This document shows positions 38,054-48,297 of a DNA stretch of 64,000 nucleotides, piece after piece. Position 1 is the first letter of the stretch. Every line of letters begins with the position of its first letter. The position numbers were made by a program, and so were the translations under genes. The DNA comes from Coniocarpon cinnabarinum (taxonomy: Eukaryota): positions 1-64,000 of the forward strand of contig JAVECO010000048.1 in NCBI GenBank assembly GCA_051942205.1. Reading direction: 5' to 3'. The notes beneath the pieces are model-generated. The model did no database searches and had not been told where the DNA came from. It worked only from the letters and a program-made list of their open reading frames with translations.

Positions 38054-38656
38054 TTACCGCCTCTCAACGATTGTACCCCCGTCTCCCCCGTCAACTCTTG
38101 GTTCTATGACGCCCCAAGGCAACTCCTCCGCATCATTAGGACACAGCTGTCTCACCAAATGTGGCCACAGTCGATTAACCCTCGCCCACGGATGCACAGG
38201 TCTCAACTTAGATCCCAGCAGCCTCGCAGTAGCCTCAATCTTCCAGCGATGCACATTATAGTCTGCGCGTCGCCTCAGCTTAAACACAATGACGTTATCG
38301 TTTCCAGGCCTCGTTTGGCAGCTCCCAAGCAATGGGTATGCCGGCGATCGACCCGGATCCAGGAATTCAAGCTCCAGCGCCAGACACGTGAGGAGGTGAT
38401 GCTTCCACGCTGCGGTGTGGTTTGAATAGACCCCTGGATCGAGGAGGACTTCAAAGTGGATGACGTATTCAGGCTCAAAGGATTTGATGTTCCAGACGTG
38501 GACGCGATGGAGATTGACTCTGTCGACGTCGAAGGGCCGGGCGTCGAGATCGCCGGACAGATATTGCGGCCCAGGAGCTAATCCCGGCGCGAAGGGAAGG
38601 TTTGGAAGGTTGGCACGGGGCGAAGGAGGATCGTGTACGAACCTTCGGAATGGCAT
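38054..38656 (-). CDS. Hypothetical protein (200 aa), paralog of 42574-43071
   Basis: Intronless ORF with CACACCATG start context. Colinear amino-acid similarity to the ORF 4.5 kb away supports coding status. Confidence 0.7.
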   Translation of the reverse strand: MPFRRFVHDPPSPRANLPNLPFAPGLAPGPQYLSGDLDARPFDVDRVNLHRVHVWNIKSFEPEYVIHFEVLLDPGVYSNHTAAWKHHLLTCLALELEFLDPGRSPAYPLLGSCQTRPGNDNVIVFKLRRRADYNVHRWKIEATARLLGSKLRPVHPWARVNRLWPHLVRQLCPNDAEELPWGVIEPRVDGGDGGTIVERR

Positions 38657-38935
38657 GGTGTGGCATTGTTTTCCTGGCACAGCATCTTTAGCCCGGTTTT
38701 ATGGGTTTGTCTGCCAGACTGACAGCACTCACAGGGATCTGTGAAGAACATAATGTGTCATTGATTAGAGATTGTGTAACGTGTTCGATGGCGTCACAAG
38801 ATCAACGAAGTAAACAAGTAATGTCGAAAGGCACTAATCAAGATTGATGTCGTGCGTCGCAGATTACATGCCATCATGGGAGAGTAGTTCAAGCTTCGCG
38901 TAAACTGACAGTACTTCGACACCTTCCGCGTATTA

Positions 38936-41312
38936 CTAATTCGGGCTTCCTTGTACTGTTGCTGATTTATCACTGATTCCGGAATCGTCAAGTCGAGCTC
39001 CTACCTCGAGTACATCTGGCAGACGCTCATAGGTCTCTTTCCATCTCATGGAGGCCTGCTGGAGCGAAAAAGGCCGCTTAAACAACATCGCGTCACATGC
39101 GACATCCGCTCGATCGCCTGTGAGGCCATTGTCGGCATCCGAGTACCGCACCTCAACGACTTGATCATTGTTCTGCTTCACCGACACGAAAAGCTTACTG
39201 AGCTGATCCAGGTATTTGCTTGGAGCGCTTGCGCCGTTTAAAACTTTCTCGTTCTCCTCCACCGTTCCGCAGCCAAGCAGTTCTGGTAATTTTGCAATCT
39301 TCGTGAGCAGAACGACGAACTTTGTCTCTGCTAACATTGGACTGTTCACCATCGAAGAGAATAGTGTCAGACAATCTTGCATCGCAGCGCTTTCGAAGAG
39401 CGGTCCATCTAGTACAAGGGTGATGTCCACCGTGAAGAAAAGAGAATTTATATCTTTGCGCAGGATGTGACTATTTGTTTGGCTCTCCGAACACTGACCC
39501 TTTGAATTCTGCATTTCTTTTGTAGCATCCCCAAGAGGAACATACAAAGTTTCTGTGATGCGAGTTGTCTTCGCTGGCAACGTTGGCACATCCGTGTGTA
39601 CAGGGTGAAAATATTCCTGAACATTACGCTCCATTGCTCCGTAAGGATATATACAAGAAGCGTCTTCCTCAAGGCCATGCTTCTTCAGTCCACGGCTGTA
39701 CTCACGAGAGTCCTCCACTGGCAGTCCGCTCAAGTGCAATGCACGCCTAGTGACCTGACTGATTGATGACTCCTGCTCTGCCGCGCTGACTGTTGCTTCA
39801 CAGCTTCGTTCGGCGCGCTCCTTGGGCAGGGCACCCAGAGCCTCTAACATTCTGGGCAACTGGTACAAGATTCGGGACCTGTGGTGCTGAGTCTCTTTCT
39901 TTGACAACGATAGCCCTTTCGCTTCGAGGGCCTCGAGGAAGACCTGCATACTGGAAAAAATATAGGAAGGGATGCCATTTGGGAAAAGATCTTGTTCTTC
40001 CATAGTATGAGCTTTTTGAAAGTACAGGCTTGTGAAGTTCAATACGAATGGTTCTCCGGTCCCAAACCTGTCATAGGTATGAAGAATAACGACCCTGACT
40101 TCGGAAGCGCCTTCGACGGGCGAGTTCCCAATTTGCTTGCTTTGACATGTCAGCTCATCTATGTTTCCTAATTTTGATTCATTGAATCGTCTTCTGACTC
40201 GACTAGCTACGTTTGATGTAGGCTTTGGATTGGATGATGTTCTGGCTGAGGGCGAATTGACGTCGCCAGTAGCTGGTAGAGTCGATGGCAGCTGACGGTT
40301 TCTCAGACCTTTGCCGGAAATGGCGTCAGAAGATTGTTGCTCTCGCCTGCGATCCTCAGTGTTGCGAATCTGATGATAACTATTGAGTTTCGAGATGTCT
40401 GGGGTGAGACCGTCCTTGTCTGCGTTCCTTTCGTCTATCAGCATGTCTGGCATCTCACGGAGTAAACTGCGCGATTGCTCAACGCTGCACTCTTGCGAAG
40501 GACTTCTTGTGGTATTTCTTGAGGACGAAGCTAACGTCTGAGCGAAAGTAGGTTGCCGAGTTTGGAGGACCTCATCGTGTATAAGTCTCCTTACATTGAA
40601 CTTTGAAGCCCTTGCATATACGGGAGATGCTAGAAGGGATTTGTCGAAATCGAAAGTCATGCTGAGCCTGCTAGTACCCTCCGAAAGAACGCTCGACCTC
40701 TCGAAACGCGAGTCTGTATCCAACACCTCGAGCGAGGCCGTGCATTCTCTTGAGAGTCTAAGGACTGTAATGCTGTCGCTTTCTTGCATTAATGGCCTCT
40801 GTCGATTTTGCGATTCGCTGAATCGTCGTCAATGACATGATCTCGCGGATTTCACTTCCGTGACTTGCTCACCATTGCATTACCTGGAGTAATAGATTCA
40901 GTGCATTGACCTGGCGATCAAGCACATTCAAACGGTCTTTGACTTCTTCGTCATGCCACAGAAAGGAAAGTCTCCCTTTGACACTCAACTGGCCGTCATC
41001 GTTCGTGCCCATGCCATCTAGCTGTTCCTCTATCGAGCTGACCAGAATGCCAAACCCATCCAAAGAGTCTCCCAAGGCAAGGCTGAGTTCCTCTGCTGTT
41101 TCAGAGCACACACCAACGTCACATCGTTGAAATTCCGCAAGCTGCGTTAGTGCTGCCTTGATCGTACACAAATGGCCTAAGAGCGCCGAGACAAACAAGT
41201 TTGCCTGACGGTAGCGGGTGCGAAACACACTCGACTTATTAATACTTCGCGTGGTAATGTCCACAAGTCCCAGCAAAGCGCCTAGAAAACTCGTAGCAGC
41301 AATTGGATCCAT
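38936..41312 (-). CDS. HeLo-like (fungal STAND N-terminal) domain plus degenerate G-protein alpha-like domain, 773 aa
   Basis: Exons 41312-40873 and 40817-38936 (55-nt GTGAGC..TTGAC..CAG intron). N-terminus MDPIAATSFLGALLGLV...RYRQA..VSAL...IKAALTQL...LSFLW..EEVK..L..LDRQVNALNLLL, then FDFD..LLASPVY. The C-terminus follows G-alpha: SMQVFLEALE, KTTRITET, GQCSE, AMQDCLTLFSSMVNS, FVVLLTKI. Confidence 0.82.
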
Positions 41313-42573
41313 GGCTTACCCCTGCTTGATCTGCGCAGTGGCAGTAAGAAAAAGCTGGTCAACGACGAACCGAGCTGAGCTCACCCACAGCTTAGTAGTA
41401 TCGGACTGAGGTACGTACATGACTCAGCCACAGCGCAGCAGCAGGCAGACGCCAGGCGCCGAACAAACAAGACCACAAATAGTGCAGCAGGACAGCATGT
41501 TGCTCTTGACTATATTGCAATCGCTGCTTGTGTGGCAATGAAGTGACTCAAGCAAAGCATGCTGTGAGGTGCACAGGTTTGTCAGCCGGCATCCTGCAAA
41601 AACACTAACGCAGTATGAGTTCCGAGGTTCGCCCACTAGAAACACCATTTAGGTCGAGCGAATCGTACTCGAAGCTGGCGTGGCGAGGTCGCAAATCTTG
41701 TAAGCATTCGTTGGGTGCCCTCGATCTCAGGGATCACTTCAGAGTGTACGAGTCTGCCACTTATATGCACTTCGCATCATACTTAGCGATCTCATACGCG
41801 GACAAAACGCATCGAACTGGACCATGTCGGGGCCTATCTTAACATGGCTGAGTTGACACAAACTCGGGAGGCTTCATCGAAGACACCGACGACAGGAGTA
41901 AGGAGGTCAGTTCCAGATGTTTGCCGCTGAGAACAGACAGATTGCGCTCTGCGAATATATTGAGTGACAGCTTGTAGTTCGAGAGCACAACACGGTAAGC
42001 ACCTGGCTTGGGGTATCTTTGACTGACGAGGTCCAAACATCTCACAGAGTCACGTCATGTTTAGTCGCTGAACTCTGCTGCACGTCCACTTCAGCCACGT
42101 GAACAGATCTGTGCGCTCCATCACGAGAAAGGCAAGTATTGACATGACCTCCATAAAAGTTCATGCGACACACAAAGAGAAATGACGGAATGTGGAGGGT
42201 TTTCTCGATCTAGCCTGTGACAGACACTCGCCGCCATCACTTGACCTTTCAATGGTCTGCAATGATCGCTTCCCACTTGCACTCTACTGCTGACACTGCC
42301 CTCACGAGTGCCGGTGTCAGCCCCGAAGCAAGCGGAGCACCCGGTAGGTCGCGTTCCTGGGCTTCAAGGAAATTTGAACTTGCGATACCTAGTGTCTGAT
42401 GTCACATCTCTCACAATAGCCAAGCAAAGCCAGTCTACGACAGAGTCGCTCAAGTGGCATAGCATACCTGTGATGTCGACGAACAACGCGGTTTGCGACT
42501 TAGCTGACATGTGGAACGAAGCTAGCTGTAGCTCGATCTTCGATAAAACAAAGGTGATATCTTTGATGACCGA

Positions 42574-43071
42574 CTAGTTCTCAAGCTCGTCGGGTCGTCG
42601 CTCGTCGGTTGGTCGCAGTGCATAACGTCGTCCAGCAGTCCATAAATGATCCATGAGTACCGCAGTTGGCACGAAATTTCGCAGAGATGGCTTCAGACAG
42701 TGCGAAAAATTGAGAGCCTGCAGGTGAATTATATCGCAAAGAGAACAGGCCACGGCTAGGCCGACGCGATTGAGTTCCAGGGCCGCGCGTTCCAGACTGC
42801 AGTGGGGAATCTGATAACCTGCGCGTCTTCTCAAGCAAAACACGACGACGTTAGGGTTCCAACGCTTCTCCACGCAGAAACCACGTTGGCGCTCATCTAA
42901 GTAGGACAGTCGCGATGGAAGGTTGGTAATCAGCCAGTGTTTCCAATATTCTGCGAAGTCGGTAGTACCCCCGTGTGGCCGCTCTCGAGTATTTGGCGTT
43001 AGATCGATAGAGAAATGTACTGCAAAGTACACGCCATAGGTCTTGATATTACGCACGCGCACTGTGCTCAT
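42574..43071 (-). CDS. Hypothetical protein (165 aa), paralog of 38054-38656
   Basis: Shares V.V.NIK..., HF, WKH.L.T.L...L..LD, C...N.NV.VF.LRRRA.Y and LW blocks with the 38054 ORF. Confidence 0.68.
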   Translation of the reverse strand: MSTVRVRNIKTYGVYFAVHFSIDLTPNTRERPHGGTTDFAEYWKHWLITNLPSRLSYLDERQRGFCVEKRWNPNVVVFCLRRRAGYQIPHCSLERAALELNRVGLAVACSLCDIIHLQALNFSHCLKPSLRNFVPTAVLMDHLWTAGRRYALRPTDERRPDELEN

Positions 43072-44201
43072 TAGTATTATTTAGGAGATATAGTCGAGGC
43101 CGTGTCGTGCAAGCGATTAAGGGTGCCGCCTTAGAGCTCTTGAACGATGAATTGTTACGACGGCAGTGTATCATCATTGTGGACCAATCGTGCTTCATGT
43201 TGCTTTGCCAGTCAACTACGTGCCACGTAGACGAACAAGGATCATTGCGGCATTTCAAGTAAGTACTCCTTTCCCGTACTTTCCGAGCTCAGATACATTT
43301 CCGAGCCTTCTGATTCGGTCTTTATTTAGTATGCACTGAGCAGATTCGGCGTGAGCATGTGTGCAAATGTGGGAAAATAAAGGCATCTCACCCGTCTTGG
43401 CGGAAAAGTTTAGGCATCATGCAGAACTGCTTCGTACTTGGAACAGCAGAAGCATGGGCACTGTCGAGACAGAGCCGTCATGAATGTACGCACTAGAAAC
43501 TCTGACGCAGTCAAAACAGGCTTCAACTTGAGCGAGAGACCTAACGGCTCAAGACATGACATGATGGTAGCTCTTCTATCCCGCGAGATCGTACTTTGCC
43601 CCAGGTGAAGGTCGGGCGATTCTACCTGGTGACGCCGCTGTTCAGAAGCCAATTTGTTTTCAAATGCATGTCAGTATCTCAGTGACTCATGTTTCGGTGG
43701 CTGCAGGGCATGATGACCCCTTCTGCCATGACGCTGGAAGCAGACGAACGACAACCGCAGAGTAGCTTGACTCCTATTAGTCCCCGGAGCCCTACAAGCC
43801 TAACACACAGGTTACGTTCTGGCGGTCACCGCGGACAGCGGGCGACATTGCTCAATTTACAGAGCTGGTCGCAGATGTTTATTTGAAGATCGCGGTGCGT
43901 GGATTGTGGAGACAGGTCAATGTACTTCGGTCGTGATTCCGGTGATGATGAAGGACTGTATTCACCCTGCCCGGATGAGACAGGATGAGGATGAGAACGA
44001 TAGCCGAAGCCGGGGGTCGGTAACCCCGAAGCAGGTCCAGCATTACCTCACCCGACGGTTAAGTATTTTTCATCTGCGTCTTTTTCTTCCCCTCCAAGCA
44101 CCCACACCCTCCTCAATAATCTCTAATTGCAACCCTCGATTGAATCTGCAAGCCAGTGACTTGTTCTCTACTTTTCATTGTATCCTCATCCTCCCATCAC
44201 C

Positions 44202-45626
44202 ATGTCTGCCCCCGCACAAAAGTACAAAGTCGCCGACATTGGCCTGGCAGCCTTTGGTCGGCGAGAGATTGATCTGGCCGAGGTGGAGATGCCTGGCCTG
44301 ATGCAAACGAGAGAAAAGTACGCTGCAGAGCAACCATTGAAGGGTGCCAGAATAGCAGGATGTCTACACATGAGTATGTTGCAGGACGTGCAATGAAGAG
44401 TGTGCAAGGGCATATTGACTGACCCCACCCACACAGCCGTCCAGACCGCGGTGTTAATCGAAACCCTCAAATCCCTGGGTGCAGAGGTGACCTGGTCCTC
44501 ATGCAACATCTTTTCCACCCAAGACCACGCCGCCGCCGCCATTGCTGCGACCGGCACCCCAGTGTTCGCCTGGAAGGGCGAGACGGAAGACGAGTACAAC
44601 TGGTGCATTGAGCAATCACTGCACTCCTTCCCCTCCGGCAAGCCCCTCAACCTGATTCTTGATGACGGCGGTGATCTCACAGCCCTCGTCCACTCCAAAT
44701 ACCCCGAGATGCTCAAAGGCTGCTACGGGATTAGCGAGGAGACCACAACCGGTGTGCACCACCTTTACCGCATGCTGAAGAACAAGGGCAAGGACCACGG
44801 CCTCCTTGCTCCCGCCATCAACGTCAACGACTCCGTCACCAAGTCCAAATTCGACAACCTCTACGGCTGCCGCGAGTCCCTCGTTGACGGCATCAAGCGC
44901 GCAACCGATGTCATGATTGCAGGCAAAGTAGCTGTCGTCGCAGGCTACGGCGACGTCGGCAAGGGCTGTGTCCAAGCCCTGCACGGTATGGGCGCCCGCG
45001 TCCTCGTCACCGAAGTCGACCCCATCAACGCCCTCCAAGCCGCCGTCTCTGGCTACCAAGTCACCACCATGGATGAGGCTGCACCGCAAGGCCAAATCTT
45101 CGTCACCACCACCGGCTGCCGTGACATCATCACTGGCAAGCACTTCTCCGCCATGCCCAACGACGCCATCGTCTGCAACATCGGCCACTTCGACATCGAA
45201 ATCGACGTCGCATGGATCAAGGCCAACGCCAAGTCCGTCCAGAACATCAAGCCCCAAGTCGACCGCTTCACCATGCCCTCAGGCCGCCACGTCATCCTCC
45301 TCGCCGAAGGCCGTCTCGTCAACTTGGGCTGTGCGACTGGCCATTCGTCTTTCGTCATGAGCTGCTCCTTCACGAACCAGGTCCTTGCGCAGATCATGCT
45401 GTACAAGGCCGAGGACAAGGCGTTCGGCGAGAAGTACGTCGAGTTCGGCAAGACGGGCAAGCTGGACGTGGGCGTCTATGTGTTGCCCAAGATTCTGGAC
45501 GAGCAGGTGGCGCGGCTGCACTTGGCGCATGTGGGCGCCACGCTGAGCAAGTTGACGGACGTGCAGGCTGAGTACCTGGGCATGGATTCGGCCGGCCCCT
45601 ACAAGAGCGAGATGTACAGATACTAA
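44202..45626 (+). CDS. SAH1: S-adenosyl-L-homocysteine hydrolase
   Basis: [23 protein letters not shown]...[16 protein letters not shown] (intron 44374-44436). Also [37 protein letters not shown] and [12 protein letters not shown]; strong codon bias. Confidence 0.99.
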
Positions 45627-46222
45627 TTTAACACACTAATAAGTGGTGGTTCTTGGGGGTGCGGCGGGCGTAGGAAGGAGGCAAGAGGATCTAACGAGAA
45701 CGTTGCGAAGCTGTGGAGGTTTACGACGTGTCGAAGAAAAGGAAGAGGAAAGCATGGATCACGATATAAAAGTTCAACCTTTTGCATGTGTGAGCATGGC
45801 GTTTGGCTTCAACAATGGCAGCATCATGCCATGGGCATGGGACATGAGACATGAGATGCAGTGCCTCGACGAGGCATGCAGCAGAAGCTACTAGATAGTA
45901 TGGCACTCACCCGCCACCGGTCGAGGGAGGGCATCGTTCACGTGAGATACCCAAAGGAGGGACACGGCTCCTCAACATGAGCCTCATAGAAATATTCAAA
46001 ACCGAAATAGAAGTGAAACTAAAAACGTCAAAGTCAAAGATTGCTGCTGTTGTGAGAGTTCCCCTGTACACCGCCGCGGCCTGTTGCTTGTAGATGCGTC
46101 GTAGTTTTTAGATGGGTATATGCACACGCCCCAAGCTTCTCCCAAAGCGCAAAATTACATGAAACTCTTTTCTGTCGTCTTTCCTCTACCTCTGTCCCAC
46201 TTGCTGCTCATGTGTCTCATGG

Positions 46223-47778
46223 TTATCTCAATCCAATCACACTCATCTCCAGCGTCCACACCCGCCGCACCCACACTTTGAGATCGCCTGGCACACCCTC
46301 TACATTACTCAAATCGACGCCCTCCCACCAACATCGGCGTGCGGGTTTCCTCCAAAATAGGAGCAGTTTCTGGGCCATGCCAACGGCGTTACTGTCAGCT
46401 GAGGGGTTGGCGCCGCCGCCAGAGATACCTGCGTTCTTCACGTCGGTGCGCAGACGTGCAAGGGCGATCGAGCAGATGACGGCTTTGTTAGGTTCGCCTG
46501 CGCGATGGCCCCAGGTGTCGGAATGATTAAAGCCACTGTATGAGACATCAGCGATCGCAAACTAAGTAATCGTATGCATGCGGCGTCACTTACCCAGCAG
46601 TCAACATTTCGATTAAGTGTTGCTCGGTAGATCCGGCCTCTTCACTCTTGCGCAGCCCTGAGAAGATGCCATTCTGCTGCAACAGCGCCTTGCCCGCTGC
46701 GCGCTTGACCTCGACCATTTCATGATGCTGTATGTTTTTCTGTGGCGGTATGACGTAGTAATCGAGATCCTCTCTGAGCACGATGATGCCCGCCCGATCC
46801 TGGAGCATCTGTTGCGCGGATCCTGGCGCGGGCTCAGGGGCGGCTTGTTCCCCCTCATTGGCCGGTGACGGGGAACGACTAGGCATCGACTGCGCAACGT
46901 TCCTAAAGAAGTCGAGCATGTATTGTAATGATATTGGATCATACTGTGATTCAAAGAGGTAAAAGTTAGGCATCATGTACTCGTGATCTGCTAGCTGGGC
47001 GCGAATGCTTCCAATCGATGCCCGAGCCCTTGGCATGCTGGAAGACATGCCGCTGACTGGTGACATCGGACCGAACTTGGGAAAGGAACAAAATGAGGAT
47101 GAAGGGGAGGATGGAATACTAACGTCGACGGGATACACGTCGCCTTCTTGAAAGGCGTTCAGATGACCTTCGGGTAGCAGGCCATTGGGAAACAAGGAGA
47201 GTAGCACAAACTCTGGGAGAGTGAGTAGCTCGTCCCTGGATATGCTGAAGCGCGTGCCCCTGCCAGCAATCATCAATATCGATCGTTGGACAAGTATCGA
47301 ATGACTTGCTTACCTCAGATCTATGTTTATGTTTTCGTCGGCGCTGACTCCTGCTTACTGTTACTTCGTGTTCAGTATTCGATCTTGCTCTCAACTCTTG
47401 CCTACCAGATAGCGCATTTAGCGGACCACCAGCACCTTGCGACACCTGAGTTATAATACTCGACGCGCCCCCGGCCGCCGCCATGACGTACGTGAAGCCC
47501 TCGAGGGGACTCGAGCCTTCGGTGTAGGGTGGTGGTGGTTCACCGTCGTCAAGGTCTTTTAGGCCAGCAGGGTCCTTGAAGTCTTGAGGGAGCTCCGCCT
47601 TAGTATCGTTGTCGGCGGTAGAGGATGAGGAAGTTTGTGGGTCGCTCGCGTGCTCTGTGAATGCCGGTGGTGCCTCAAGTTGGTGTTCGAAACTCTCCTC
47701 GTCTTTATAATTGGGTTGTGAGACGGTGGAGGGGAAGTGGAGGGAGGAGAAAGGCGGTGGGTTAGGTGATGGGGACAC
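46223..47778 (-). CDS. WHI2: Whi2-like BTB/POZ growth-regulation protein
   Basis: Introns 47405-47351, 47313-47260, 47123-46944 and 46593-46536 give IDLRGTRFSISRDELLTLPEFVLLSLFPNG, VDYDPISLQY, IIVLREDLDYY, EQHLIEML, WGHRAGEP, KLLLFWRKPARRCWW and RRVWTLEMSVIG. First ATG is at 47484; the frame is open back to GTG 47778. Confidence 0.9.
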
Positions 47779-48297
47779 TTTGGCGGCTGTTCTGAAGTCT
47801 TTTCGGATGGGGTATGAAGGAACGTTGCCGATTGCCTCAGTATCGACGAAGCGAAGGAGACGTAGCGATGCTCGTAGCGATTAATCTGCGCCTACTCCCG
47901 TGTCGTGTTGGTGCAAAGTCTTGCGAAGTGTGCTGAGCGGCGATTAGCTTGTTACTGCTGGTGTGGCCTACGCAGGGTCTTGTGACCTCGAGGACTGGAG
48001 GGATTGGTGCTAGTTCGCTTCAGAAGTTGTGGACCAAGGGCGGAGAGCACATTACTGGGCGAAAGCGCGGAGAGTGAAGTGCAAGTGCTTTATCTACGAG
48101 ACGGAACCGCCTAGGGAAGGCACTCGCGAACTGTGGAGATGACACCACATCACAGGGGCCACCAAGACGGTCGCAAACCTGAAATGTCAGGTATCGAGGC
48201 ATTGCTGTGGCGCTACCTATGCATCTATTATGTATCTCGCTGGATCGACATTCAATTATCCCACATTCAAATCTTCCCAATCTTGAAAGTACACATC

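Noticed and set aside
38936..40789. Calling the G-alpha-like ORF a canonical heterotrimeric G-alpha subunit
   Set aside because: The G1, G3 and G4 motifs and the N-terminal lipidation site are absent, and it is fused to a HeLo-like domain.
12991..43689. TGACTCA (Gcn4/CpcA-type) sites upstream of both GNATs (12991, 33796), the HeLo-G-alpha gene (41420, 41544) and SAH1 (43683)
   Set aside because: About 8 hits of a 7-mer are expected by chance on two strands of 64 kb, so enrichment cannot be claimed without conservation data.
44186..45571. Overlapping alternative-frame and antisense ORFs in SAH1
   Set aside because: Expected by-product of strong GC3 codon bias.
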